Shown in pieces: positions 1 to 11,329 of a stretch of 64,000 bases of DNA (its first letter is position 1; every line of letters begins with the position of its first letter). The stretch is from NCBI GenBank assembly GCA_965203275.1, contig OZ241865.1, positions 608,001 through 672,000 on the forward strand, given 5' to 3'. Origin of the DNA: Bdellovibrionales bacterium. GTDB taxonomy: Bacteria; Bdellovibrionota; Bdellovibrionia; Bdellovibrionales; JAUICD01. The notes beneath the pieces are model-generated. The model saw only the letters and a list, made by a program, of their open reading frames with translations, made no database searches and was not told the origin of the DNA. The translations under genes were made by a program, and so were the position numbers.

Positions 1-1198
1 GCCCTGTAATAGACATGGATGAAGACTTCATAGCTAAAGCAGCCCATGCATTTAACTTTCCAGAGGTAATAGTTTTAGATCGAAGTATTCTTTTCTCATC
101 AGCAGTAGATAAAATTTGATTTTTCACATCTAAGTAATTAAATTCTTTGTTTTGAGCATACAAAAGAGAACTCACTCCTGAAACAAAAGCTGTAGCTTGA
201 GATGTTCCTGTCATTTCTCCATATCGATTATTAGGCAGAGTAGAACGAATATTATCCCCTGGTGCTGCAATATGTACAGTCTGATCACCCCAATTACTAG
301 AAGATAAAACCTTTGTAGAACGATTGATAGCTGTCACAGAAATAATATTATCTAAATTATATTTTGCAGGATAATAATCAGATTTATTGGAGTTAGATTT
401 CTCATTTCCAGCAGCAGCTATAAATAAAATACCTTTGTCTCTGGCTTTTTTAATAGCATTAAACTCATGTTTAGAATATTGCACTCCACCACCTGAATAA
501 TTAATAATTTTAGCTCCCATTTTGACAGCATATTCAATAGCCATCACTGTATTTTTCAGGTTATCTGTATTGGGAAAACGAGGATCATAATACTTTAAGA
601 TCATAAGGCTCACCTTAGGTGAAACTCCACTAATACCTTTGCCATTACTACCTTCCGCACCAATAATCCCTGCGACATGTGTCCCATGGCCATGATGATC
701 TTTAATATCCTTGTTATTAGATACAAAGTTCCAACCATACACGTCATCTACAAATCCATTGCCATCATCATCTATTTTATTTGTAGCTTTAGATCTGCCT
801 CTGCTATCTAAACCAACTTCTCCTTGGTTTTTCCAGAGATTATTCTTTAAATCTTCATGCTGTACATCAATGCCTGTATCAATCACAGCTACCACAACAT
901 CTCGACTGCCTTTAGAGATTTCCCATGCCTTCATTGCTCGAATGTCAGCTTCACTTGTTCCCATTAATCCCCAATTACGGGCAATAGACGAATCATTGAT
1001 CAAAACAGAAGATTCTTTACCTGTTTTGTTCTTAATATTATGAGCTTTATTGAAATTTACAGATCTGCTCTGAAGAGCTTCATATACTTGCTGTGATAAT
1101 GGTGATGCATCCACATAAAAAGTGTAATATCCCTCAAACAAACAAGCCACTAATAATAAAATTGCAACATATATTTTTTCACTACGTGTCGTCCACAT
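1..1198 (-). CDS. S8 (subtilisin-like) serine peptidase, 3' end runs off the window
   Basis: Not in the ORF track. Manual translation from ATG at 1198 (AAGGGG RBS upstream) gives an N-terminal hydrophobic stretch, VVVAVIDTG (Asp), DDDGNGFVDDVYGWNF, HGHGTHVAGII (His), AAAGN and GTSQATAFVSG (Ser). Confidence 0.93.
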   Translation of the reverse strand, partial: MWTTRSEKIYVAILLLVACLFEGYYTFYVDASPLSQQVYEALQSRSVNFNKAHNIKNKTGKESSVLINDSSIARNWGLMGTSEADIRAMKAWEISKGSRDVVVAVIDTGIDVQHEDLKNNLWKNQGEVGLDSRGRSKATNKIDDDGNGFVDDVYGWNFVSNNKDIKDHHGHGTHVAGIIGAEGSNGKGISGVSPKVSLMILKYYDPRFPNTDNLKNTVMAIEYAVKMGAKIINYSGGGVQYSKHEFNAIKKARDKGILFIAAAGNEKSNSNKSDYYPAKYNLDNIISVTAINRSTKVLSSSNWGDQTVHIAAPGDNIRSTLPNNRYGEMTGTSQATAFVSGVSSLLYAQNKEFNYLDVKNQILSTADEKRILRSKTITSGKLNAWAALAMKSSSMSITG

Positions 1199-1479
1199 AT
1201 TATTTCCCCTTATTTTTCCTTATACTTTTTTATAAGCAAAATAAGGGCCAAAATGAAAGTGCATTATTTGCAAGCTCAGAGATAAAATAAACTATTTTGA
1301 TAACTAAAAGTTAAAGAGTTGTCAATTGTTTAGACAGTATTGATATTGAGATAAGGTTATGATGGGCTTGGAGGGGGGTGGGTTCAAATGCATTGAGGAT
1401 TTGACCTTCTTCATTGCATTTATTCCCACGATGATACCCTTTTACCCTTTAGCTTCCTTTATCCGATGAAAGGAAAGCA

Positions 1480-1890
1480 TTATTTCCCCCAGAAATGCGG
1501 TTTTCCAACAGGATGTTGACTGGGATGATTCAAATAATTTGATGGAGTGTTAGCATTCATAGAAGTAACTGTAGAACTTCCTCTAGGAATAGGGTTTTGA
1601 TGAGCAAGTAAGCCTTGTTCATTAGGACCCTGTACCACCTGTTGCTGCTGTGTTGTTCTCCTTGCTTCCTCCTCTAAAAAATGCTGATGAGGCATGCACC
1701 AAACAATCAACTGAGCCCTCGATTTTAAGTTCATCTTTTTATAAATATTAGTCAGATGAAACTTAATAGTTTTTTCAGTCACAAAAAGCTGGTTAGCTAC
1801 CTCCTTATTGGATAAGCCTTTAGTGACCATTTCAACAACCTCTGCTTCCCTTTTAGAAAGCCCTTTTTGAATGAGAATATTTCTGAGCAT
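1480..1890 (-). CDS. LuxR-family HTH transcriptional regulator with Q/N-rich tail
   Basis: LSKREAEVVEMVTKGLSNKEVANQLFVTEKTIKFHLTNIYKKM is a LuxR/GerE HTH; no receiver domain. Confidence 0.92.
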   Translation of the reverse strand: MLRNILIQKGLSKREAEVVEMVTKGLSNKEVANQLFVTEKTIKFHLTNIYKKMNLKSRAQLIVWCMPHQHFLEEEARRTTQQQQVVQGPNEQGLLAHQNPIPRGSSTVTSMNANTPSNYLNHPSQHPVGKPHFWGK

Positions 1891-2152
1891 TTTACGTCCC
1901 CCCTCTCTAAAAATTTATTTTTACATAGCTCATAAGAATAGTCTCACAACAAAGCTGATATTGTGCAACCTCTCTATTTATGACCTTTAAAAACTAGACT
2001 GAATTACTTGCCCTTTTGGTTAGAAAAAACTTGCTCTTTTATTTCATTTGTTTTTATGATGAGGTCAAAAAAGTGAACCTCTCTTAATATTTACATACTT
2101 TAAAGTGTATTTTAATTTATTTTTTAACCTCATTTTAACCTCACTAGAAGGC

Positions 2153-3166
2153 CTAAGACTTTGGGATGCTATTTTTTGCTTCCATTGCTACAGATTTAAA
2201 AAAATAAGGACCTTCAAAAACAAGGGCTGTATAAACCTGTACCAAATCTGCCCCATGAAATAAGCGTTTTTTGACATCTGAGGGACTTAATACACCCCCT
2301 ACAGAAATCAATAAATATTCCTTTCTTTTTTGTTCTCCTAATTTTTCTATTAAGTAATGATGGGCTAACTGAAGATGTTTTAAAGACTTTTCCTTTAAAA
2401 AAGCTCCTGAAAGTCCTCCATCCAGAGGATAGCTAGATGAGGAAGGCCTAGCTTCTGTCGTATTAGTTAAAATCCACCCTTTAAACCCTAAACTCAAACT
2501 CACATCTATCAAATGAAAAAAATCCTTAGCTGTCATATCAGGGCTTATTTTTAAAAAGGTATGACAAGGCTTAGAACCTCCACAGGCTACTTGTGCTATG
2601 GGTTCTAAAAAAGTTTTTATTTTAGAAGGGGAAGCCAAATCACGAAGTCCCTTTGTATTCGGACTAGAAATATTTATAACAAATCCATCCACAATTAGAC
2701 GAAAGTCCTGAATTAAAGAAATATAATCATCAGATGCATGCTCTTTAGGTGTCTGTCTATTTTGACCTATATTTAAAAAAATAGGCGTAGGATAAGGTTT
2801 TTTAAGTTTAAGAAGTCTTTTTTTAATAAACTCTGCACCTTTATTAGGAAAGCCCAACTTATTCCAGAGAATTTTATTTTGAGTATCTCTCAGCAAGACC
2901 GGTGAAGGGTTGGCTTTTTGAGGTTGAGGAGTGACTGTACCGATTTCTATAAAGCCTACACCTTGTGTCCACCAATCATCAACGTTAAAGGCATTTTTAT
3001 CTATGCCTCCAGCAATCCCTAAAGGGTTTAAAAATTGAAGATTATGCCATTGAAAAGGCGACCATTGATAGGTCACTCTTTTGCGAAAAAAACACACCAC
3101 CTTTAAAAAAAAAGGGGCAAGAAAATGTGCTAAGGATACAGGCAATAATAAAAAGAATTTCATCAT
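2153..3166 (-). CDS. pyrD: Quinone-dependent dihydroorotate dehydrogenase (class 2)
   Basis: NPLGIAGGIDK, EIGTVTPQPQ, INISSPNTKGLR, LKISPD, TNTT, GGLSG motifs. Confidence 0.95.
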   Translation of the reverse strand: MMKFFLLLPVSLAHFLAPFFLKVVCFFRKRVTYQWSPFQWHNLQFLNPLGIAGGIDKNAFNVDDWWTQGVGFIEIGTVTPQPQKANPSPVLLRDTQNKILWNKLGFPNKGAEFIKKRLLKLKKPYPTPIFLNIGQNRQTPKEHASDDYISLIQDFRLIVDGFVINISSPNTKGLRDLASPSKIKTFLEPIAQVACGGSKPCHTFLKISPDMTAKDFFHLIDVSLSLGFKGWILTNTTEARPSSSSYPLDGGLSGAFLKEKSLKHLQLAHHYLIEKLGEQKRKEYLLISVGGVLSPSDVKKRLFHGADLVQVYTALVFEGPYFFKSVAMEAKNSIPKS

Positions 3167-3288
3167 TATATTATATTTAACCTCGCTCTTTTCTTTGAAT
3201 CTTTGTGGTTTTTGTGATTTTTAAGATTTTTGAGATTTCTAAACAGAATTTTTTCATATTATTTTCTCTTATTTTTTAATACAGCTTT

Positions 3289-4203
3289 TTATTTTTGAGA
3301 TGCAGGTTGATTTTGACTTTGACAACTTTTAGAACAGATGCGAGAACAACCAGCTGCTAAACAAGCATCGCATATTTTTGTGGGTTTGCCACAAAACTTA
3401 CAATGAAGAATATTTCGAGCAGGCTGTCCACAATGTGGACAAAGAGAGTAAATCTTTGAAGGCTCCATAGCAGAATTGACAGCCACTCGATGATCAAAAA
3501 CAAAGCATTCTCCATGCCATTGATTATCTTTTTGATGAGCATATTCTTGCAGATAGCCTAAAATACCTCCCTGTAATTGATAAGTATATTTATAGCCCAT
3601 TTTTTGCATTTCCATACAGGCTTTTTCACATCGAATGCCTCCTGTACAGAAAGTATAAATAGGTTGATCTTTTTTTAGACCTAGTTTTTTAAATTGATCA
3701 CTAAACTCAGCAAATGTTTTGATATTTAAAATGTGAGAGGAGGGAAAGCTTCCTAGCTGTGTCTCATACCAATTGCGTACATCTAAAAGCACACTTTTAT
3801 TTTTCTGATGAGATGATTGCTTAAGTAGGTTATGCCATTTTTTTGGAGAAAGATATATTGATTTTTCTAGTATTTCTTTGGGATCAATTAGCTTCATTTT
3901 AATAATTTCTTTCTTAACTTTGACCTTCATCCTTTTGAAAGGTAAAAAACCACAAAGACTCTCTTTATAAGACAGCCTTGATGCCAACTTCTCATCTAAA
4001 AAAGACTTGATATGAGAAATAGCATCCCCTGAGCCAGCAATAGTTCCATTGATTCCTTCCTGGCCAATAAGGATTAATCCTTTGATATGAAGCTTGTTTG
4101 TGAGCATTTGCAATGATTGGTTCAAATCCAAAAGCTCCTTTTGTGAGAACGTCACAAATTGATAGAAGCTTATAATATGGTAGGGTTCTTTTTGAGTCAT
4201 CAT
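3289..4203 (-). CDS. trhO: Rhodanese-domain tRNA U34 hydroxylase TrhO/YceA family
   Basis: EGINGT, LDVRN..E, FCTGGIRCEK, QLQGGILGY, W.GECFVFDHR and Cys-rich C-terminus. Confidence 0.88.
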   Translation of the reverse strand: MMTQKEPYHIISFYQFVTFSQKELLDLNQSLQMLTNKLHIKGLILIGQEGINGTIAGSGDAISHIKSFLDEKLASRLSYKESLCGFLPFKRMKVKVKKEIIKMKLIDPKEILEKSIYLSPKKWHNLLKQSSHQKNKSVLLDVRNWYETQLGSFPSSHILNIKTFAEFSDQFKKLGLKKDQPIYTFCTGGIRCEKACMEMQKMGYKYTYQLQGGILGYLQEYAHQKDNQWHGECFVFDHRVAVNSAMEPSKIYSLCPHCGQPARNILHCKFCGKPTKICDACLAAGCSRICSKSCQSQNQPASQK

Positions 4204-4417
4204 TATAGCCTCATTATATCTATAGACGTTACTTATTTCAAATTTTTTATTCCTTCATTGTTGACAAAGCATTGACAAAGTGTTTTTTTATTGTAATTGT
4301 ATGATTTGATGATTTTGATTTGATGATTTTGATGATAACACAATGTTGAAATTATTGCCCGATTGAATGTATTGCTCAGCTGTAAGCTGTAAATAAAAAC
4401 ATCAATAAGCGATTATA

Positions 4418-4738
4418 ATGAAAAAACAAATTATTTTACTCATTATTTTATTAATTTGCATATCTTGTGCTTCATCCAGCATACAAAACAAAGCTGTATC
4501 ACGACCATCATCAATGGACCCTCAATGGACAGTATGCAAAACAAATAGAGATTGTATCAAAGTAAAAAGTTTTTGCCGGTTACCTGCTACAGTGAATAGA
4601 CAATATAAGGATATTTTTTTAGATTTTGTAAAACAAAATAAAGATTCTATAAACTGCAAAAGATATCAAAATGTAAAGTATGATCAAATCACAGAGGCTT
4701 TATGTCAAGACCGCCAATGTCGACTTGTCATACCATGA
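4418..4738 (+). CDS. Small Cys-rich putative lipoprotein
   Basis: MKKQIILLIILLICISC signal/lipobox-like start; six further Cys. Confidence 0.65.
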   Translation: MKKQIILLIILLICISCASSSIQNKAVSRPSSMDPQWTVCKTNRDCIKVKSFCRLPATVNRQYKDIFLDFVKQNKDSINCKRYQNVKYDQITEALCQDRQCRLVIP

Positions 4739-4775
4739 AATACCATAACTTTAAAAATAACATAAGGAGGAATCA

Positions 4776-6410
4776 GTGAATAAAATCAATGTCAAAGTCC
4801 TAACCCAAGAATCTTCTAAAGATTTTGTGATAAAAGGTTTAAAAACTCAAGATGTGGAGGTGATCTTTTGCCTTCGTAGCAAAGAAATATCTTATGACCA
4901 TAAGAGCTTTGCCCTGCCTTCTAAAAAAGATTTTTTTATCATAAAGCCTCACTCTTCTCCAGAGCTTTTAGATAAAATTCAAGAGGCAATCCATGAAGGA
5001 GCTTTTTTGGCAAAAGCTGATCAAAGCTTAATTTTGAGATCTTCTGGTACATATACCAAGCATGTTGTAGTGGTGGGTCTTGGTGAAGTGAAAGGCTTTC
5101 GCCAAAAAGAAACCCTTTGTCTTGAGGCTTTCCGTAGAGGTGGAGCTATTGCCTATAAGGCTTTAGCTACTCTTAAAGCTAAAACGGCTGTGCTAAATTT
5201 ACAACATTTTGATTATTTGTTTGCAGGACAAACAGAGAAAATCACACAAGCTTTTTTACTTGGTTTTAAACTGGCTAGTTATAAATTCGAAGATCATTTA
5301 AGTGAAAAATCAAAATATTCTTTTGAAACATTGCATCTTGTCATCACACAGCGTCCTTCACAGTCTGCACAACAAAGCAAAACAGTCGAAGATTCTTTAA
5401 ATCATATTGTCAAGCAGACTTTTTGTATTACGGAGGGGGTTGAGTTTGCTAGATGGCTTAGTGACCATCCTGGCAACATCATTAATCCTGAAACCTTAGC
5501 AAAGCAAGTACAGAAAAAGTTTAAAGGCACTTCTGTTAAGGTGACTGTATGGGATCAAGCTCGTATCAAAAGGGAACGCATGGGACTTCTTTATGGTGTG
5601 GGGCAGGGCAGTGCTGTAGAATCTCGCTTGATTATTATGGAATACAAAAGCAAAGACGTGAGAGGTCAAGCTCCTGTTTGTTTTGTGGGCAAGGGAATCA
5701 CATTTGATTCAGGTGGTATTAGTATTAAGCCTTCTCAGTCTATGGAGGAGATGAAATACGATATGTGTGGGAGTGCTGATGTGATTGGAACACTTGTAGC
5801 ACTTGAAAAGCTTCAAGCTCCTGTGCATATTATTGGTATTGTAGCAGCAGCAGAAAATATGCCAGGTCCTTCTGCTACAAAGCCAGGGGATATACATTAT
5901 GCTCGTAACGGCACATCTGTAGAGGTTTTTAATACTGATGCAGAAGGTCGGTTAGCTTTAGGCGATGCTTTATGTCTTGCTGTTGAAAAAAAGCCACAGT
6001 TTATTGTGGATGTAGCTACCCTTACAGGAGCTATTATTGTAGCTTTAGGGGCTTATCATACAGGTTATTTTGTTCGTGACAAACAGCTAGCTGAAGCGAT
6101 CAATAAGGCTCTTGATGCTACTGAAGAAAATGCTTGGAGACTTCCTTTGAATGAAGAACACCGCAAATTAATGAAAGGCACACATGCTGACTTACAAAAT
6201 ATTTGCGATGGAAAGAGGGGAGCAGGTAGCACGAAGGGGGCAGCCTTTTTGTCTTATTTTGTAGATGATATTCCTTGGGCTCATTTTGATATTGCAGGAA
6301 CAGCTTGGAATATAGGGCATCTCTATCCTTATTGTCCTAAAAAGGGAGCATCTGCTCTCATGGTACGTACCTTTTGCCAGCTAGCAATAAACACTTTCCG
6401 CCCACATTAG
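4776..6410 (+). CDS. pepA: Leucyl aminopeptidase (M17)
   Basis: VGKGITFDSGG, MKYDMCG, NTDAEGRL, WAHFDIAGT; AAGGAGG RBS before GTG. Confidence 0.97.
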   Translation: MNKINVKVLTQESSKDFVIKGLKTQDVEVIFCLRSKEISYDHKSFALPSKKDFFIIKPHSSPELLDKIQEAIHEGAFLAKADQSLILRSSGTYTKHVVVVGLGEVKGFRQKETLCLEAFRRGGAIAYKALATLKAKTAVLNLQHFDYLFAGQTEKITQAFLLGFKLASYKFEDHLSEKSKYSFETLHLVITQRPSQSAQQSKTVEDSLNHIVKQTFCITEGVEFARWLSDHPGNIINPETLAKQVQKKFKGTSVKVTVWDQARIKRERMGLLYGVGQGSAVESRLIIMEYKSKDVRGQAPVCFVGKGITFDSGGISIKPSQSMEEMKYDMCGSADVIGTLVALEKLQAPVHIIGIVAAAENMPGPSATKPGDIHYARNGTSVEVFNTDAEGRLALGDALCLAVEKKPQFIVDVATLTGAIIVALGAYHTGYFVRDKQLAEAINKALDATEENAWRLPLNEEHRKLMKGTHADLQNICDGKRGAGSTKGAAFLSYFVDDIPWAHFDIAGTAWNIGHLYPYCPKKGASALMVRTFCQLAINTFRPH

Positions 6411-6411
6411 T

Positions 6412-6612
6412 GTTTCACTCAAAATAAATCATGCCTCTGGCATGTTTTCTGGCAGTTAGCCCGACGGCTTATCGCCGTCGGGCTGATTGCCCAAAAACAG
6501 CCAGAGGCTGGTTTATTTTTAGTGAAACAAACGCGGTCATTGCCCAAAAACATGCCAGAGGCATGATGCATTTTGAGTGAAAAAGACGGTTGGTTTACTT
6601 TTAGTGAAAAAG
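6412..6612. repeat. Cluster of fused fragments of the structured dispersed repeat
   Basis: TTTCACTCAAAATAAATCATGCCTCTGGCATG, CGACGGC-ttatc-GCCGTCG-type hairpin and CCAGAGG modules start directly after the pepA stop. Confidence 0.85.
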
Positions 6613-7561
6613 ATAAAAGGTCCAAAATGATATGTACAAAGAAATTGAGGTAAATACAAATTTTAGTAGTGAGATTCTGACCGATCACCTCAAAATTGAC
6701 CTTTCAATTCTCTGAAAAAAGCTTGATTTGATAGATTTGCGAAATAAGACAATTATAGATTCAAGGAAGGGAAATTTTGAGGGAAACAACGCACGTATTT
6801 CTAAAAGAGGTTCGTACGGGTAGACGAAGATCAACGAAATTAGACAATAAAAGGTCCAAAATGATATGTACAAAGAAATTGAGGTAAATACAAATTTTAG
6901 TAGTGAGATTCTGACCGATCACCTCAAAATTGACCTTTCAATTCTCTGAAAAAAGCTTGATTTGATAGATTTGCGAAATAAGACAATTATAGATTCAAGG
7001 AAGGGAAATTTTGAGGGAAACAACGCACGTATTTCTAAAAGAGGTTCGTACGGGTAGACGAAGATCAACGAAATTAGACAATAAAAGGTCCAAAATGATA
7101 TGTACAAAAAAATTGAGGTAAATACAAATTTTAGTAGTGAGATTCTGACCGATCACCTCAAAATTGACCTTTCAATTCTCTGAAAAAAGCTTGATTTGAT
7201 AGATTTGCGAAATAAGACAATTATAGATTCAAGGAAGGGAAATTTTGAGGGAAACAACGCACGTATTTCTAAAAGAGGTTCGTACGGGTAGACGAAGATC
7301 AACGAAATTAGACAATAAAAGGTCCAAAATGATATGTACAAAAAAATTGAGGTAAATACAAGTTTTAGTAGTGAGATTCTGACCGATCACCTCAAAATTG
7401 ACCTTTCAATTCTCTGAAAAAAGCTTGATTTGATAGATTTGCGAAATAAGACAATTATAGATTCAAGGAAGGGAAATTTTGAGGGAAACAACGCACGTAT
7501 TTCTAAAAGAGGTTCGTACGGGTAGACGAAGATCAACGAAATTAGACAATAAAAGGTCCAA
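6613..7561. repeat. Tandem repeat, 4 x 234 bp, near-identical
   Basis: ATAAAAGGTCCAA recurs at 6613, 6847, 7081, 7315, 7549; identical 62-aa antisense ORFs are spaced 234 bp apart. Confidence 0.97.
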
Positions 7562-7585
7562 CTTAAGATTTTGTGTGTTTTTATC

Positions 7586-8662
7586 GATAAGTATAAGGAG
7601 GGAGTATTATTGTATGAATAATGAAGGAGAGTACCCTCCGGGATCGGGCAACCCGGCAGTCAGGCATCCGAAAGAACTCTTTTTCCTTAACATCCTGTTT
7701 ATCCGGGATCTGGGATCTGGCAAACCGGCATCACTTCCCGGTATGCCAGATTGCCGGATCCCAGATCCCGGATCATGGGAGTGAATATAAAGTCTTGTTT
7801 CCTTAACATGGTGTTAGAAAACGAAGGTTTCCTCTCTACTCAAAGTGAACAGGCTTTTGAGGTAGCCAGCCTTTGATCGACGACGAAAGTCGTCGGGCTG
7901 GCTACCCAAAAGTGACCAGAGGTCAGTTCACTTTGAGTGAAATAAATCGATAAGTATAAGGAGGGAGTATTATTATATGAATAATGAAGGAGAGTACCCT
8001 CCGGGATCTGGGATCCGGCAACCCGGCATCAAAAAGAACTCTTTCCTTAACATTGTGTTAAAAAACGAAGGGTTTCTTCTTACTCAAAGTGAACAGGCTT
8101 TCTAGACGATGACCATTTTATCGATGGCGAAAGCCATCGTGGTCATCGCCAGAAAGTGGCCAGAGGCCAGTTCACTTTGAGTGAAACAGCTCAGCCTTTG
8201 ATCGACGGCGAGAGCCGTCGTGGTCATCGCCCAGGGTGTAAGAAGGAACTTTTTCCTTAACATGTAGTTAAGAGATGAGGAGATCCTTCTTACTAAAAGT
8301 AAACGGACTTTTGAGGTTGCCAGCGGTGATGAAGGAATTTTTTCCTTAACATGGTGTTAAAAAACGAAGATATCCTCTTTACTAAAAATAAACGGATTTT
8401 TGAGGCATTGCTCTTTTTAGACAGCATAAGCTGTCAGAGCAATGCCCAAAAACAGCCAGAGGCTGGTTTATTTTTAGTGAAAAAGATAAGAAGGCGAATA
8501 GCCTTCGGCTGGCAACCCAAAAGTGACCAGAGGTCAGTTTACTTTTAGTGAAAAAGATAAGAAGTATAAGGAGGGAGTATTATTATATGAATAATGGAGG
8601 ATAGAATCCTCCGGGGATCTGGGATCCGGGATCTGGTAAGCAAGTGTAAGAAGGAACTTTTT
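7586..8662. repeat. Mosaic of dispersed repeats (structured element, GGGATC/CCGG heptamer-like runs, 3 copies of a GGAGGGAGTATTATT module)
   Basis: Full structured copies at about 7838-7942, 8082-8186, 8381-8482; AAGTATAAGGAGGGAGTATTATT.TATGAATAATG at about 7589, 7952, 8561; repeated TTCCTTAACAT motif. Confidence 0.9.
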
Positions 8663-8666
8663 ACCA

Positions 8667-9716
8667 ATGAAATTAATAAAAAAATCTATAAAATACATCT
8701 TTGATAGATCGGCTCTGCAACTATCTAAAGGGCAAGCTGTTACTGAATATCTCTTATTAATGGTAATTGTATTAACTGTGATAGGAGCTTTTTTGCAAGC
8801 TTTTCATAAAGGCACTCGAACTTTTTTAGAAGGAATTTATGGGGATAATAATGAACAACATTATCTAGGTTGCCTTTTAAGAAAGGGCGAACTACCTGGA
8901 GAGCAACAGGGGAAATGCAAAATGCCTACATTTTCTTTTACAACACCTGATATATCTGTTCCACCAGCTCCGGCTATTCCACCAGCCCCTGATATCCCTC
9001 CCGCCCCACTGATTCCTCCCGCTCCCAACATTCCACCGCCCCCCAGTATCCCTCCTGCTCCATTGATTCCACCGGCTCCAGCTATTCCCCCAGCTCCAAA
9101 CATTCCTTTAGCCCCTAATATTCCTCCCGCTCCAAATATTCCACCAGGAGAAGGTGCTTCCAATGCAATCGCTCAAAATAAAGCAGGAGGAGCAGGTAGA
9201 GGAATAGGAGGTGGCTTAAATAAAGGGCTTATTCCTACAAAAAGAAATTCTAATAATACAGGGATATTTGGTACAGGTAGACTTCGCACAGGAGCAGGAG
9301 CAGGAGCAGGAGGTTCTGGTCAAAATAATACAGTTGCCTTAAATAAAGAAGAAAGTGATAGCATGTCTGTTGCCAATAGTAACAGTGGTTCATTAAATAG
9401 GGTGAGAGGAAGAGATATTATAGGTTCTCGTTTTGTAAGTCTTTCTCAAAAGGCAAAAAAACAAAGAGATAATCAAACTCGCATTAGAAGATCACCTGCC
9501 TCAGAAGCAGGAGGCGGGGGGACTGGACTTGTCAAAAAAGCCATTCCATTAGAAAATCGTACAATAACAACTCAAACTGATGATGTAGAAATCGGCTGGG
9601 ACTTTGCCTTTTTATTAAAAGTTTTAGTGATTGCTGGTATTCTTATTGGAATTTTTCTGCTCTTAGGAGGGCAGTTTCTGCAAATTAAAAAGGGCCTCGA
9701 AGGGGGAGGAACTTAA
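8667..9716 (+). CDS. Flp/TadE-like pilin N-terminus protein with Pro-rich repeats and C-terminal TM helix
   Basis: [15 protein letters not shown] prepilin-like motif, about 11 IPPAPx repeats, Gly-rich region, hydrophobic C-terminal helix. Confidence 0.7.
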   Translation: MKLIKKSIKYIFDRSALQLSKGQAVTEYLLLMVIVLTVIGAFLQAFHKGTRTFLEGIYGDNNEQHYLGCLLRKGELPGEQQGKCKMPTFSFTTPDISVPPAPAIPPAPDIPPAPLIPPAPNIPPPPSIPPAPLIPPAPAIPPAPNIPLAPNIPPAPNIPPGEGASNAIAQNKAGGAGRGIGGGLNKGLIPTKRNSNNTGIFGTGRLRTGAGAGAGGSGQNNTVALNKEESDSMSVANSNSGSLNRVRGRDIIGSRFVSLSQKAKKQRDNQTRIRRSPASEAGGGGTGLVKKAIPLENRTITTQTDDVEIGWDFAFLLKVLVIAGILIGIFLLLGGQFLQIKKGLEGGGT

Positions 9717-11329
9717 ACATGAGGGGATTTTGGGTTTTGTTGTTTACGAATGTAAGCTGGCACATCTAAAACACCTGGCTCAAATGGTGAACTTAAAAGC
9801 TTCTCTGCTAATTTCTCTGCTGAATGTGCAGGTGAGTCTTCCGTTTGCATATCCATTGAAAGTTGCTGAGAGGATTTATTTTTTGAGTCAGTAGCAGTTT
9901 GCTTATAAGTTTTAATTTTTGCTAACAAGGCTTGTCTTGTTTGAATATCCTCATTCTCAGTGTTTTTTTTAATATTTTCCTTTGTACCTCCAGCCTCCGC
10001 AGTACCTCCAGCCTCCGCAGTACCTCCAGTCTCCGCAGTACCTTCAGCTCCCGCAGTATCTTCTTTAAAATTTTTATTATTTTCTTTTTTGTTGTGATCC
10101 ATATCCATATTATGTGCATTGTGATCTATATTATGTGTAGGCTTTGCAACATTTTCTACAGGCATTTCTACAGGTACATTTACAGGCACAGCTACAGGTT
10201 TAGGTGGGAGGTTAGTAAGTGTTTGATGAGTTGGTGTTTGAAAAGAGGCATCTACATCTATAGAAGGTGTAAAAGAGTGAGAGGCAAGGCTTGTATTCAC
10301 TTCTGCAAATGGGCGATGGGCGACAGATGGTTTTCTATTTCTAAAATTTCTCTGATAGATTTTAGCACTGTTGTGTTCATCAAAGCCAGTCGCAATGACT
10401 GTCACTTTTAATTCATCTGTCAGGCTTTCATCAATGACAGCACCAAAAATAATTTCTGCGTCTTCATGGGCCATATCTGTGACCAAAATAGAAGCTTCAT
10501 TGACTTCATGCAAACTCAAATTAGGAGGCCCTGTGACATTGATAATAATACCTGTAGCTCCATCAATAGAGATATTCTCTAATAAAGGTGAAGAAATAGC
10601 ATTGGTAGCAGCTTCTGTTGCTCGGTGATCTCCTGAAGCATGTCCTGCTCCCATAATGGCCATCCCTTGATTGGACATGACTGTTTTTATATCTGCAAAG
10701 TCTAAATTAATTAAACCTTTCACATTAATTAAATTAGAAATACCTTGAACAGCATTGAGTAGAACCTCATCTGCCTTTTTAAAAGTATCCAGCAGAGGAG
10801 TTTTTTCTGCTGAAATACTTAAAAGTTTTTGGTTTGGAATCACAATCAATGTGTCTACATTTTCTTTTAATTCAGATAAACCAATATCTGCGTGACGTTG
10901 CCTCCTACGTCCCTCAAAGACAAAAGGACGTGTGACAACACCAATAGTTAAGGCTCCCATATCTTTAGCAATTTTAGCAACAATAGGAGCTCCTCCAGTA
11001 CCTGTTCCACCGCCCATTCCAGCAGTGACAAATACCATATCTATACCTTTAAGAGCATTCATAATATCATTTTGTGATTCCATGGCTGCTCGCCGGCCAA
11101 TTTCAGGGTTGGCTCCTGCACCTAACCCTTTTGTGAGTTCCTGACCCAGCTGTATACGAATATCTGCTGAGTTAGAATTCAAAGCTTGCTTATCAGTGTT
11201 GGCAATAATAAATTCAACACCTTTTAAACCACTATTGATCATAGTGGACACGGCATTGCCACCACCACCGCCCACACCAATCACCTTGATATTGGCTCCT
11301 AATTCTACATTTTCGTCTAATTCTAACAT
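9713..11329 (-). CDS. ftsZ: Cell division protein FtsZ with long linker
   Basis: [25 protein letters not shown]-terminal LDVPAYIRK. Confidence 0.99.
   Translation of the reverse strand: MLELDENVELGANIKVIGVGGGGGNAVSTMINSGLKGVEFIIANTDKQALNSNSADIRIQLGQELTKGLGAGANPEIGRRAAMESQNDIMNALKGIDMVFVTAGMGGGTGTGGAPIVAKIAKDMGALTIGVVTRPFVFEGRRRQRHADIGLSELKENVDTLIVIPNQKLLSISAEKTPLLDTFKKADEVLLNAVQGISNLINVKGLINLDFADIKTVMSNQGMAIMGAGHASGDHRATEAATNAISSPLLENISIDGATGIIINVTGPPNLSLHEVNEASILVTDMAHEDAEIIFGAVIDESLTDELKVTVIATGFDEHNSAKIYQRNFRNRKPSVAHRPFAEVNTSLASHSFTPSIDVDASFQTPTHQTLTNLPPKPVAVPVNVPVEMPVENVAKPTHNIDHNAHNMDMDHNKKENNKNFKEDTAGAEGTAETGGTAEAGGTAEAGGTKENIKKNTENEDIQTRQALLAKIKTYKQTATDSKNKSSQQLSMDMQTEDSPAHSAEKLAEKLLSSPFEPGVLDVPAYIRKQQNPKSPHV

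Noticed and set aside
711..1290. Plus-strand ORFs 711-1043 and 1093-1290
   Set aside because: Antisense to the S8 peptidase gene.
6613..7561. CRISPR array or three real 62-aa genes
   Set aside because: Units are 234 bp and near-identical with no unique spacers and no cas genes; the ORFs are by-products of the repeat.
7479..8548. ORFs 7479, 7621, 8351 (likewise 6419, 36342, 36617, 38549, 38569, 45757-46100, 51879)
   Set aside because: They lie wholly within non-coding repeat mosaics.
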